64,000 bases of DNA. Origin: Phaeosaccion multiseriatum (lineage: Eukaryota; Protista; Ochrophyta, other classes). Position numbers and translations under genes: made by a program. The DNA is taken from contig OZ218956.1 of the NCBI GenBank assembly GCA_965112735.1, forward strand, positions 62,001-126,000. The letters are read 5' to 3'. Positions 25,755-42,500 of this stretch are shown here, piece after piece (the stretch's first letter is position 1; every line of letters starts with the position of its first letter). The notes under the pieces are model-generated. The model had not been told where the DNA came from. It saw only the letters and a program-made list of their open reading frames with translations, and ran no database searches.

Positions 25755-27122
25755 AGTGCGCTCACTGGGCTGCACGCTTCAAACGAGTTCGTCTACGCTG
25801 TGCTGTGCCAAGCGTACCGTTGTACCGGTACCGTTCCACGCAAAAAGCGATACGCAACATGGCGGGTGGGGGCAGAGGCGGAAGCCACAGACAGGAAGGA
25901 GGAGGTTTGTGAGGAGGAGGGGGGGATGGTCCAGGAAGGATCACAGTAAGAGAGGCGGGGGGTGTGTTGTGGAGCAGAGCAGAGTATGAGGTAGGAGCAG
26001 AGCATGCGAATAAAGATGTTCTCCCTCATTCCCTCAAGGTCTAACAGAGGAGAGGGGCGGGGGCAGAGAGAGCATTGAAGCACACATAGGCCTTTACTCA
26101 CCCTGGTAAAAGCAGCAGAGACGCAGGCAACACACATTGCAGCGGAAGCGCCGGCCAACCCTCCTCCCCACAACTTGGGCGGGGCCTCCGATAGCTGCCT
26201 GCTGGCAGGGGGGCTGCAGACGGAGAGACCCCCGAAGAAAGAACGGCAATGAAGAGTCTTACTCTCTTTCCTGCTCTCCACCTCTCGTATCCTTGAATCA
26301 ACGAAGATGCCTTCCCTGCAGTCCTCGTCCCCTATGGCGCAGTAGCCCACCCTCCCCGTTCCCGCCTCTCCCTCTGCACGCTACCCTAGGAGGAGAGGTA
26401 TAAAAAAATTACGTAATCTTATTCTTGGTCAAAGCCCTGGCCGCGGGTTTAGGGAAGAGCCTTTGAGAAGATTTTTCGCTGACATAAGAGCCGTTGGGCT
26501 TTTTCGCGCCATCTCCCCCCCTCACCTTCTCCCCTCCCCTTTAAGTGCTTGCACCGCTGCTGTCCTTACGTTGCCTGCTCTTCGACTGCTGCTAAGGTGA
26601 GGAGTGCGCGAGGGATTCTGCTGGTGTGGGATAAGGAGCATTGCGCTGGCTGGGGAAGTGGCGTCTTGAGTTGTCATTTACAAAAAGGGGGAAAAAGGGG
26701 GAAGAGGAAGATGATTCATTTGTCCAGCAGCAGCAGCAGCAGCAAGCAGAGCAGCAGAACAGAGGCGAGCATGAATGAGAGATTGGGTGGAAGGGCTGGT
26801 GACAGGTCGTAGGCTGTACATGCTGATGGGGGCCACGGGAAAGACGTAAAACAAAATTGAGTGCCCTGTTCAAACACGAGCACGTGACAGCCCGAAGGAG
26901 GAGAAGGACAGAGTGGAGCAGCGCAACTCCCGAGTGACGGTCGTATCACGTAGCTATATGTGTGCTTGATCCGTGTGAGAAATGAATGCATTGAGAGGTA
27001 GACACCTGGCTTTTCGAATGCTCACAAGCACATTCCCAATTCCCTCTCCCTGCCTGCAAACACAAACCCACGCCTTGCTCCTCCCATTTCCTTGTTTGTT
27101 TGCTGCACAGGGGTCTACAACG

Positions 27123-27521
27123 ATGTTGAGCCCTTGCCGCGCGGAAGCTCCTGGGAGTGGCCCTTGCTCGCCGCCCTCCACGCGCACAACTGGAGGCGCA
27201 GCTACCGCTGTCTGCACCCCTAAGAACGGGGCTGAAGCTCCCGAGACGCTGGCCGAGAAGCTGGCTAGTATTACTTTGCCCCCCGCCCCAGCTCTCTTCT
27301 CCGGGCGCGGATGGCAGCCCTCCACGGATAGCAATAAAGAGAACATGCACCCGCTCAGCGAAGTGTTTGTGGAGACTGGGCTGTCACGAGGAGCGAACAA
27401 CAAGGGACCCAGGAAGACAGGGAGCAACAAGAAGCTGCGGCGACAGCCCCTTCAGGACATTACAGCTGTGTTGGCCCTGGGGCAGGGCAGTGGGGGGGAT
27501 CTCGCGGAGGACGATGCATAA
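27123..27521 (+). CDS. Small disordered protein (132 aa) with a KEN box and a D-box; putative APC/C substrate or regulator
   Basis: ATG lies just after a pyrimidine-rich acceptor (..TTTGCTGCACAG, about 27110), with a candidate 5'UTR donor AAG|GTGAGG at about 26597. Motifs: SNKENMHP, RQPLQDIT, and SP/TPK sites. AT-rich 3'UTR converges on PRP31. Confidence 0.65.
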   Translation: MLSPCRAEAPGSGPCSPPSTRTTGGAATAVCTPKNGAEAPETLAEKLASITLPPAPALFSGRGWQPSTDSNKENMHPLSEVFVETGLSRGANNKGPRKTGSNKKLRRQPLQDITAVLALGQGSGGDLAEDDA

Positions 27522-27785
27522 GCAGCCAGGCACAGAGAGGGAGAGAGAGGCTTGGGGATGAGCGGGCTTGACGACAGCGCCTTAAGTGGCGCTGTCCTTC
27601 CGGGACACCCCTACTCACGTGACTCATAAGAGAGAAGAGAAGATACACCACAGGGTGCAGAGCACGTTTCTACTTGATAATGTTATTATTATTTACACGC
27701 GACCTTGAATAGTGCTTCACCGTACTCCGATCGTGTCTTGTCATATTCTTCATGCAAGCAGATGCCCTGGACTAAGGACTACGGA

Positions 27786-31313
<3,528 letters not shown>

Positions 31314-32203
31314 GGTATGTCTGTAAGCACCGGGCAGGCAGCTCAGCTGAAAACGGGGGTGGGGTCCACGGCCTTGCTTAAGACAAGGCCCTCTCTCTAA
31401 GTACGAAATCTGATACCGTCGGTAATTGAAGAGAGGGGCGGGAGGCGTCAGACCGGGCAAAAGGAGATCAGGTGAGGGCGCGGTGGGGAGAGGAGGGTGC
31501 ACAGTACGGGGAGGGGCGGAGCTTTGAGCGTCTGCGTTGCGCACTTGACCCTTCTCTTGGAAAGGATCTGCGTCCCCGTTTTGGTGAGGAAGCTTTGGAG
31601 GGGTGGGGAATTTACACCTCGGGGCTCCGGAGGACTGGGATGGGACGCATGGAAGTCTATATCGGAGGTCAATGCCTGCGCTCTCTTCCTGTGCCGGTGT
31701 ACGTTCGCCGCTGGCCCAGTCCGGCTGGAAGAAGATAAAGACGGTTCTCCGACCGAGCTGAGGCTCTGAGAAGCAACCATGGGGGGGAGACAGCCGGAGA
31801 GGACCACAGAACAGTAGCAAAGAGATCTTGTAGAGTTAACCGCACTGATCCATTGTTGAGGACCAGGGGTTGCGCACTCTCAAGTGGATGAGGTTTCTTA
31901 TTCTTTCTTTTCACCTTCCCCCTTCCGCCTCTCTCCCTTTCTCCCCCTCCCTTGTGGGCTTGTGTGTAATACTCCAAAACTCACATTTCTCAGCCTACCG
32001 GCTTGCGTGATATATCTACTACGAGTGCATCGTCTGGCGGGTCTGCCCGCCTCTGTTGAAGGCTCAGCGCGCAGAGCCTGGCTCAAAGCTCAACCAAAAT
32101 ATTTGTGAGGGAGAGTACCCTCCGAGAGGCGCGCGCTCGCCTTGGGCGGGCTAGAAGGAGCTCCTTAGCCTGCAGAGGGTAGTGTAGAAAGGCGTGCGTG
32201 GGT

Positions 32204-34785
32204 ATGACTTCGCCTCCTTTCCCGCCTCCGCCTCCGGGCGACAGTCGTGGAGGGGAGGCGAACACAAGGAGGAGGGGGGGAGAGCGGGATGGGGGGGGCA
32301 GCCACGAGGGCGAGAATCATCAGCCGTCCAACGGAGGCAATGGCAGTAATGGTCATGGTGGTGTCGACGGAGACGGAGACGGAGAGCAGGACCGCACGAC
32401 GTTTCACATGAGAGACAGAAACGGTCGCGACGGGGGCAGCACCAACGGAGGGACCGCCCCCATGGAGGAGGAGGAAGAGGAGGACGACGACGACGAGGAG
32501 GAGGGCGATTTGGAGGGGGGCTTCGAGGAAGACTCCAACGTTATTACCACGCCCCCACACACCGCCCCGTCGAGAAGAAATGGGTGCGTCGATAGCAAGC
32601 GATGCATCTCACCATGCCTTACGCATCACCCCACAATACGCCTCACTGCCAAATGAGTTACTGACCGACTGACTGGCCAGCACTTGGGAATTGAATCGAG
32701 CGGTCCGAGCCACATGCACGCAGCGCAACCCTGACCCTGATGCTGAGCCTGACCCTGACCCTGGCCCTGGCCCTGGCCCTGGCCCTGACCCTCCTCTCCG
32801 TTGTCTGTTTGCCTCCCCACCCCCACCCCGCCGCAGTAACCACGCCCCCGGGGCCGGAGCCGTCCACCCCCGCGCGGCGCCGCAGGGGCCGGACTTCTCC
32901 CTATTCAGCAAAGTGGTGGAGGGGCTGGACACCACACAGACGGTGGGCTGGGACAACTCACACCTCAGCTTCAGCCTCGCCCTCAAGTACATACATGCCC
33001 CGGAGACAAGGGCCTTCCTCGACAGAACCCACCAGCAGGTGTGTGTGTATGCGTGCGTGTGTGTGTGTGCGTGTGTGTGTGTGCGTGTGTGCGTGCATAC
33101 TTGTGTGTGCGTGCTTGTGTGGAGAGAGGCTGGAATGCGAGTCGAGGACCGGAGCGCCTCCGCCCCCGTCCCCTTCTATTTCACCATGTCACACTCACAC
33201 CTCCTCCTCTCTCCACCCCCTCCTCCTCCTCCTCCTCCTCCTCCTCCTCCTCCTCTTTCTCCTCCTTCTCCTCTGCACTCAATGAACCGACCAACCAATC
33301 AACCAACCAACGAACCAACCAAACAACCACCCAATCAATCAATCAACAAATGGCGACGCTTGCTATAGATCACGTGCATCATGCTGGACCAATACCCGAA
33401 CAAGCTTGGGTCCTTCGAGCGAGGCTGCGTGGAGCGCTGTCTGGACCGCAGCATGGACATACTGGGCCTGATGCTCAAGCAAGCACGGGACGATCCCGCG
33501 GACACGGAGCGGTGGCTGCTCACCGTGGTGCATACCTTCAGCAAGAAGAAGCCGCTGTACAAGGGCACCAAGAACAACTGGAGCAACAACAGCTCGGGGG
33601 CGCCTGAGGTGCGTGTGTGGGTACATTCAGTTTCAGTTGCATGCATGCCATGCTTGAGCGCGCAGTGAGTGGGTTGGTGCGTGGTAGTGGGCCCTTTGCT
33701 TTCCCGCCTCCTCTTACGTACATGCACCTTCTTCTTCTTCTTCTTCTTCTTCTTCTTCTTCTTCTTCTTCTTCTTCTTCTCCTCCTCCTCCTCTTTCCAG
33801 CTCCGAATGAAGCGCATTCGGCAGTTCGCTGCTCTGGAGGGCTTCGACCATCTGCTGGCCTACTACCAGTCGCAAGCAGCGGCAGCGGCGGAGGCAGAGA
33901 GGATCAAGAAGGAAGGGCCCAAGTCTCCAGACGGAGGAGCAGCAGACAGCGCCAAGCAGCAGCCGCAGCATCTCGGCGGGTGGCTGGGGGCTGAGAACAC
34001 GCGCATCCTCATGTCGGCCCTCATGGAGGCAAGGCTCATTGAGGCGAGGGAGCTTAAGATGGTGGAGAAGCTTGCACCCAACCCCAACGCCGAGCCCATC
34101 CACGTGTCGCGCGTGCTGGAGCCCATCTCCACTTGCGTGATGCGCCAATTCCTGGCGTTGGGTGAGGAGGGCCTCAAGCGCGAGCCGGCAGACAGCGTCT
34201 TCGCAGTCGTCAGGGACGTGGGCAGGCTGCTCAGGGGCAATGAGCCGGCGGACAAGTGAGTGGAGCGAGGAGCAAGCCTGGGGTTGGGTTGGGATGGGAT
34301 GGGATGGGGACGTGAAGGGGGGGAGGGGGGGCGTGATGAAGATTTATCTGATCAAGGCAGCGAGAGCGATTAGCGAGGTACTTTCTATCCACCCGCCAAC
34401 CCCTCAACCCCTCCCCGTATACTGCCATCTACTGCCACCCTCCAGGGCGAGCTTCACCTTCTGGTTGCGGGCCACCCTTGTGTACATGCGAGCTGCCTCC
34501 CTCCCCATGCGTCTCCAGGCCTGGGAGCAGGTGGGGGAGCTCATCGACAGCGCCGTGGATCAGAGGCCACCCCCTAAGAAGTACAGGGTGTCAGGGGCCG
34601 GGGTGGCGGAGGTGAGTAAGGGGTGTCAGGAGGCAGGAAGGAAGGCTCTTTCCACGCCCTTCGCACAGACGTGCACGAGACGCCACAGTCTCTCCTCCTC
34701 CTCCTCCTGCTGCTGCTCCTCCTGCTCTGGTCATGTAGGACTGTCAGAGAACGGTGGCTTAACGCGGCTGGGCTGACCCGCCATC

Positions 34786-34824
<39 letters not shown>

Positions 34825-36358
34825 GCTGAAACTCTTGTCTGTTCATCTGTTGTCCCCCCCCCCCTCCTCCTGCTGCTCCTCCTGCTGCTGCAGGTGAACG
34901 GCATGTACTCGTGGGTGAAGGACATTGACCACGCCCCCGTGTACGAGAAGGACGAGGTCCAGCCCGGACAGGAGGGGCAGGAAGGGCAGGAGGGAGGAGG
35001 AGGAGGGGATGACATGTCAGTCACGGAGGACGGAGACGGGAAGGGGGGGGGCAAGGAGGGCGGCAAGGGGGAGAAGGAGGCGGTGATGACCATCTTCCGC
35101 TGCAAGATGAGGAGCAACACCAAGTGGTGGTTCATCTCCAAGCCCGATGTGGTGCGTGGGGCTGTGTGTCGCTGACTGACTGCCTGTGTGACTGACTGCC
35201 TGTGTGACTGACTGACTGACTGCCTGTGTGACTGACTGCCTGACTGCCTGTGTGACTGACTGACTGACTGCCTGTGTGACTGACTGCCTGACTGCCTGTG
35301 TGACTGACTGCCTGACTGCCTGTGTGACTGACTGACTGCCTGTGTGACTGACTGCCTGACTGCCTGTGTGACTGACTGACTGACTGCCTGTGTGACTGAC
35401 TGCCTGACTGCCTGTGTGACTGACTGACTGCCTGTGTGACTGACTGCCTGCCTGACTGCCTGTGTGACTGACTGGCGGACTGACTGCCTGTGTGACTGAC
35501 TGACTGACTGACTGACTGCCTGTGTGATTGACTGACTGACTGCCTGACGGACTGACTGACTGACTGCCTGTCTCTGCCTGTGTGACTGACTGCCCGACTG
35601 CCTGAGTGAGTGACTGACGGAATGACTGACTGACTGACTGACTGACTGTGTGAGTGACTGACTGACTGCCTGACGGACTGACTGACTGAATGCCTGTCTC
35701 TGCCTGTGTGATTGACTGCCCGACTGCCTGACTGACGGACGGGCTGACTGACTGACTGACTGACTGACTGACTGAATGGCCGCTCACAGTACGCCCCGGG
35801 CACGGACAAGGATGTGGACTACTTCCAGCACCGCAACACGAGCAACGCCGACGACTTCGTCATACCGCCCACAGACGGTCAGTGTTGGCAGTGCCCACAC
35901 GAGGGATGCGGCTCTCGGAGGGTGGGAGGAGAGGGAGGGAAAGGAGGGGATACCCACACCCCCCTGGTTTCCGTTTCCGTTTCCTTTTCATTGTTACCCC
36001 TCAAACTCCACGAAACGCACTTAGCCGCCTTCCCGCTCCTTTTTGTTCGTTGTTTTCACCCTCTGTCCATGGTAGGCTGGTCCACGGTGCCCGCTTCCGC
36101 CTCCAACAAGGAGCCGTGTCCGGTGCTCACCCCCCTGGGCCTGGCCGACGAAGACCCCAATGCAGACACCTGCGAGCATCGGGTAAGTCAGTGATGTGAG
36201 GCAGAGCCTTCATTAGGCATACGTATTCTTACGTGCTGTGCTCCACCCGCTGCATGATGGACACTCGTCCTCCATCGATTCACCACTTTGATGCCAACTC
36301 GTGCATTGTATATTACTACGTAGTAATTCGTAATTCATATTCACCCCCCTCCTCCGTG

Positions 36359-36394
<36 letters not shown>

Positions 36395-39300
36395 ATCAGC
36401 TGGCCAAGTGGGTGAGGGAGCATGAGATCGTGGAGAAGGCAGTGTTCGGCGGCAGCATGCACAGAGAGGTTGTGTCTCGCAGCGGCGGCCTGCTCAAGTT
36501 CCTGTGCTCACTGAGGCCCGAGGCGGGAGGCATGACGGAGGCCTACCTGGACCTCATCTGGGGGGCGTGTGTGGGCAGTGCGGAGGCCGAGCTGCAGGCC
36601 GAGATCTACGTGCTCTTGGGGGCGCTGACGGAGAGCATGCGGCCAGAGCTCAGTGTGTATCTCATCTCCAAGCTGAGGGCCTCGGTGCGCAAAGGAGAGG
36701 GGCTGGGGGAGGTGGTGGACTTTATTGCGAGTTCGCTCTGCGCATTGCAGGGGGGGGCGGGGGCGCTGTTTCTGGTGATGCGCAGCGACGAGGTGTGTCT
36801 GGAGATGCTGGAGCTGCTGTGGGAGGTGCTGCTGCTGCAGGACCCACAAGTGTACAAGCACAAGTCATTCAAGCAGGCAAGTGTTGTATCGTTCTTCATT
36901 GTAGTGTACTTAACTTACGTGGCACTCACTCTGTAGAACTGAGAAGGCAGCCCGCGTGTGAGGCATGCTGTTGTGTGCTGTATCACCAACATGTCAGCAT
37001 GACAACATTCTCTTGTCTCGCTTCTGATTAATGCAGGTGGGCGAGCTGTTCACGCAGATGCTCCGCTGCAGCAGCCTGGTGAAGAAGAACGCCGAGTGTC
37101 AGGACAAGTACCACTACCAGGAGAAGTACCTCGGACAGTGCATCGCCTGCATCCACGGGACGGGCCTGCGCACAGACGAGCTCAGCGAGGCGGAGGAGAC
37201 CAACGTGCAGCGCATGTCCCACCACGCGCGTTTCTCTCTGCTCGACAGCGTCGACTCCAATGATCTTGGCACCGTGCTTTCCCGGCTGGTGCTACCATCT
37301 GCTGGTGGAGGAGGGGATGGCAGTGGAGGGGCAGGGGGAGGGGGCGCCACGGCACTGCCCTCTCTGTTGCTGTCGGAGCTGGCGGCGTTCAAGAAGCGGT
37401 TTCCGGCCCGCGTGGGCAGGCACATCCCCGCGGAGGACGCTCCTCGCGTGCTGCAGGAGAGCCTTAGGCACAGACTTGCCATTGTGCGGTACCTGCACGG
37501 GGTCAGTGAACAGGTGCGTGTGTGTGGGTCTTGAATGTGTGTGTGTGTTTGATGTGATGTGAGCTTTGCATCTACCTCGTACCCTATTGCGCTTCTTCCC
37601 TCCTCTTGTGGAGCACTCATTCGCTGCCACTCAAGCGCAATACACCCTTCACTCGCCTGCCTCGCCTGCCTCGCTGCCTCGCTGCCTCGCTGCCTCGCTG
37701 CCTCCCTACCCCCCCCCCCCCGCGCGCTTCCGCCGTGCTGTACTGTGCTGTACTGTGGTGTAGGTGGGCATGATGACCGTGCCGCAGCTGTCGTGCCTGT
37801 GGGGCATCCTCAACAGCCCCATGGAGCGCGAGCTTTGCCTGTCCTTCCTGCACGACGGGAGCATGGACAAGTACGTGGGGGGTAACGGTGATGCCCAAGG
37901 GCAGGGGCAGGGGCAGGGGCATGTGGTGACGGGTCCACAGCCTGAGCACGTGCACACGCAGAAGCTCGGGCCCATCTTCGGGCATGAGGCCAAGCTCTTT
38001 GTGTTTGAGGAGCTCATCTGCGTAGACGCCGACTGGTCCAGCCTGGGGCCAAGGGCCTACAAGTGCTTCCACGCCTTCTTCGCTGAGCTTGTGTGGAACG
38101 CGGGGTGTCAGGATGACGGCATGAGTACTTCGGCCAACGGCGGCATAGGCACGAGCGGCAGCGGCAGCAGCGGCAGCAGCGGCGGCAGCATCAGCCGCAA
38201 GCAGAGGAGCACCAGCACCAAGGGGGTGGACACGCTGTGGGCCATCATGCTCACTGCCAGAGAGCCCGAGGTGGCGGCCTCTGCCAGCAACGACCTGCTG
38301 TACATGTATCAGGATGACGAGAACGCCAAGCAGCAGGAGGCGGCGAGGCAAGGCAAGGCGGCGGCGGCTTTGGTGCCCAAGCAGCCCAGGCAGGGGGCTA
38401 AGCCTACACAGCAGGAGGTGGACCCAGAACCGGCCCCTTCCGTAGCGGTGTACGGCCCTCAGCCTGCCCCGTCAGGCACCGTCACAGGGACTACGCCCCT
38501 CCCGACTTGCTCGTCACCGTCCCCCACCTCCTCCTCTTCCTCCACGCATTCCGTGCTGAGGGGAGACGCTGCAGGAGTGGTGGGAGAGGGGGGAGATGTA
38601 CGAGGAGGAGGAGGAGGAGGAGGAGGAGGAGGAGGAGCGGGGGGGGAGGTGCGCACGCTGCGGCACACGGAGAGCCTGGTGAATATGAGCAGCTCCGGAG
38701 AGACGTTCCTCGCACGCATCTTCCGTCATCTTGCTGAGGCGAGAGAGGCGTTGGAGAGGATCAGTGCTACAGAGGCAGACAGGATACAAGGGGGGGGCGG
38801 AGAGGAGCAAGGCGAGCAGCAGGGGGCGGGGGGTGATGATGACCGGGAGCTGCAGTGCGCGAGGGTGACGCGGTGTCTGGAGTTGCTGCAGGGGAGCATC
38901 TGTAGAGCCAAGGCGGGCGGGGGGGCGGAAATGGGCACGGGGCACGGCCTCAGGGGGACTGGTGCCACATTGACGCTTCACGTCGTCATCAAAGTGGCAC
39001 AGAAGGTACTTGATGGAAACAGGGAGGGAGAGGAGGCAGAGAGAGAGAGGCATAGAAGGGCGGGAAAGCCCTAACCCTTGGGTGCGTAGGCGTAGTGGAA
39101 GCTTCGAACCCTTGGCCCCTACCTCCTACCCTTGTGCCTCACTTCAATCCTGCCCGCCCTCCTCTCTCTCCCTTCCCCCCTCTCTCTCTCCCTCCGTCTG
39201 CCTCCGCCTCTCCCTCTCTCCCTCTCTCGTCACAGGCGGGGCAGTCCACCCTCCACGGCAGTAGCGACGGTGGCAGGGTACCTATGGCCCCTGCCATGGG

Positions 39301-39504
39301 TTCTCTCTCGCATGGGGGTCAGCTGCCCGCCCAGCAGCCGCAACAGAAGCTCAATTGGTACGACACAATGCCTCCCCTCGTGCTCGAAGCGCACCTGCTG
39401 GAGACGGTGGAGAGCCTCAAGAAGAGGGCTGTGGAGCACGCCGCCCGCTCGCAGATGAAGCAGCAGCAGGACCAGTACGAGCAGCAGCAGCAGCAGTTGG
39501 CGAT

Positions 39505-39542
<38 letters not shown>

Positions 39543-42500
39543 GGGGGGGCGAGGGGCAGACGGGCCAGCAGCAGCAGGGGCAGGGGCAGTCCCCTGAAGC
39601 GCAGGAGGCGCAGTTCTTGTTGCTGCAGCGCCACCTCTCGCAGCACGTGCGCTTCCTCGTGAAGGGCAAGAGCCTGCTGCCGGACAGCATGGCCAAGACC
39701 ACCGTCACACAGCTCGGCCTGTCCGACGGGGACGAGGTCAGTGTCTTCTGCCTGCGCCAGCAGCAGCAGCAGCAGCCGCAGCCGTTGGTGATACAGCAGC
39801 CGTCCGGCCTTGAGGAGCCGCCCCAGGTGGAGGTGGCCCCCCTGGCAGAGGCGGTGGGCCCGGTGGTGCGGCCAGTGGCGGTGGCGCAGCCTTCAGCAGC
39901 AGCGGTGGCGAGCGTAGCGGCGCCAGCAGGGACAGTCCTGACACCAGCCTCTGCCTCTGCCTCTGCCTCTGCCTCGGCGGCCCCTTACGTGCACCCCGGG
40001 GACGCCATCGCGGCGGAGGAGGAGTACTTTGACGTGTTGTTCGATCTGCTCGAGTGCCTCCGAGCCCTCCCCAAGCAGAGGCCGCAGCAGCAGTTGGTGG
40101 CACAGCTACCGCCAGCCTGTAAGGCCCAGGGCCCGGTCTCCACCCGGCCGCCTTGTGCTTTGTCGGCCTCTGCTCAGGAGGTGTGTGCATCGGTGTGGCT
40201 GCTGCTCACGGCCCTGCCCACCCAGGTGCACATCCTGCAGCGCGTCAGAGAGGCGGGAATCAGAGACAACGGCTCACAGGACGAGTGGAAGGTGAGGGGG
40301 TGGAACCGTGGGGGTGATTCTACTCTGGAGGGCCTGTGTATGTGCGTGTGTATTTTGCCTGCCCTCCCATCAGTGTAGTCTAATGTATTGTGGACGCTGC
40401 GTCATGCCTTTCCCAGGACTTGCTCGCCGGCGGGAAGGACCTGACCCGCTGCATGTACCGCCAGGTCAGTGAGTGAGTGAGTGAGTGAGTGAGTGAGTGA
40501 GTGAGTGAGTGAGTGAGTGAGTGAGTGAGTGAGTCAGTGAGTGAGTGAGGGGGCGGGACGAAGGGGCGCTTCTCCGAAGACCAAGCTTGACTCATTGGTT
40601 GAGTCTCTCTCTATGCCTCTCTTTCTACGCAAGCCACGGTCACGATGGCCCTTCCCCTCACCCTCCATCCACTGCCATCCATCCACTGCCGTCCCTCCAC
40701 TCCCATCCTGCCATGACAGGTGTACGTGCTGCAGGTGGTGGACTACCTGCTGCAGCCCGCCAAGGTGCTTCTGGGAGAGGCCTGGGCCAAGGACTGCGAC
40801 GCCTTCCGCCGCGGGTTCGAGGCCCGGGGCTTCGACATCGTCCTTAAGGCCTTCCTCGCCACGGCCACGAACGGGTGAGTGAAGAGTGAGGCAGTCAGTC
40901 AGTCAACCAGTCAGTCAGTCAGTCAGTCAGGGAGTCAATCATTTTTTCAATGATTCAGTCAGTCAGAAGAAAGAATTGTGAGGGAGAGGGAGGAAGGGGT
41001 GCGTCGGAGGTGGAAGCTGAAACTCAAACCGAAACTGAACCTGAAGTTGCCTCGTTGCTGGCACACCCTCGCACCATACGAATGCGATACCATACCATAT
41101 CGTACGCCATACAGGGAAGACCACGCCACCTCCATCGGACACGCCACAGAGCTGCGCATCGTCAAGGCGTGTCTCTTCGGGGACAATGGCAGCTTGGGCA
41201 GCTTGGGCAGCGGCGGGGGCCCAACCACGCCACCTGCGACTCAGCCCCCCCGGTCTCAACAGTCTCATACCCCCGCAGTAGCCCCGATGGCGACGGCCGG
41301 TAGCACCAGTCGTAGCAGCAGCGGCATTAACGGCGGTGTGGGGGCGGAAGGCTCGTCCACAGAGGCCGTTTCAGAGCCCGACGGGCCCTTGCCTCCGCGC
41401 AGGGGAAGGGTAAGTACCCTCTGGAAGGGGAGGGGGGGGATGGAGTCGCTGGTGGTGCTATTGCTACATGCTGCTGGTGCTGCTACTGCTGTCGCTTCTA
41501 CACAAGTACATGAACAATACATGCACTACTGCGCTGATGGGATGTGATGTTTGGATGACGATGCATACACGTATTGTGTGTTAGTGACCCCGTCCCTCCC
41601 CATCCACTGCCCTCCCTCCTCCCCCCATACAACAGCTGGGGCTAGCCTCGCTGCAGACAGACGCCGCCCTGCTGGACAAGCTTGTGGACAAGCTCTTGGA
41701 GGTGGCCCTGGCGGCACATCAAAGGAGCATGCGACACGTGGCGATGGCAGCCAACGGCAATGGGAAGGCAGCCAATGGCGGCCAGGCCCAGGACCTCCCG
41801 CAGACAGGGCAGCAGAAGAACGGCAGGGGAGGGGGAGGAGGGGGGGCCGCGGCCTCGTTACATTGCCAGATGCTCATGGACTGTCTCGTGGGTATCGATT
41901 TGTTGCTTGAGCTGCAGCCCTCCCTCATCTCGCATCTGGTGGAGGGGAAGGGAGGAGCGGCGGCGAAGGAGCTGCTCACCAGCGCCCTGAGGAAGAGTCC
42001 CAGCCAGCCGGTGAGTGAGCTTGGGCCATCAGGCATTGGGCTTATGGGTTTGGGCATTGGGCGTGATGCGTGGTGCCGTGGGAACCCAACCCAGCCCAAC
42101 CCAACCTACTGAAGCCTCTCTCCTTTGTTTCATTTCCTGTTCCGACCTTCCCGTCTGGCACCCGTCTCAAGCAAATACCCCCTCCCCCCTCCCCCCTCCC
42201 CCCTTCCGCAATTGACAAATGGCGACTGACTGACCAACAGGTGCGGCAGCAGGTGGTCAGGTTGGTGAGCCACACGCCCGCCCTGGCCTCCCACGCCTGC
42301 GCCCTGCTCACTCAAGAGGTGATGACCATGGACCTAACAACGAGCACCTCCCCCGACTCGGCGGGTGACGCCTCGGGGGCCTCACAGTACGGGTGTCAGG
42401 ACAGCACCAGCTCCAGCTCGGAGCAGTTCTTCGCTGCCCTCACCTCTCTGGTGCTGCAGTACGCCGGCAATTCCAAGTCCCCGGGGGAGGGGGAGGAGGA

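Noticed and set aside
24889-25949. Several 90-210-aa ORFs
   Set aside because: They lie in, or antisense to, the first intron and exon of the phosphatase gene; no motifs.
26399-26505. TATA-like run, a single TTTAGGG (telo-box-like) and TGGGCT in the divergent promoter region
   Set aside because: Single short matches are expected by chance; no supporting evidence.
35017-35809. SQSV/HTGSQ repeat ORFs
   Set aside because: Translations of an intronic TGAC satellite.
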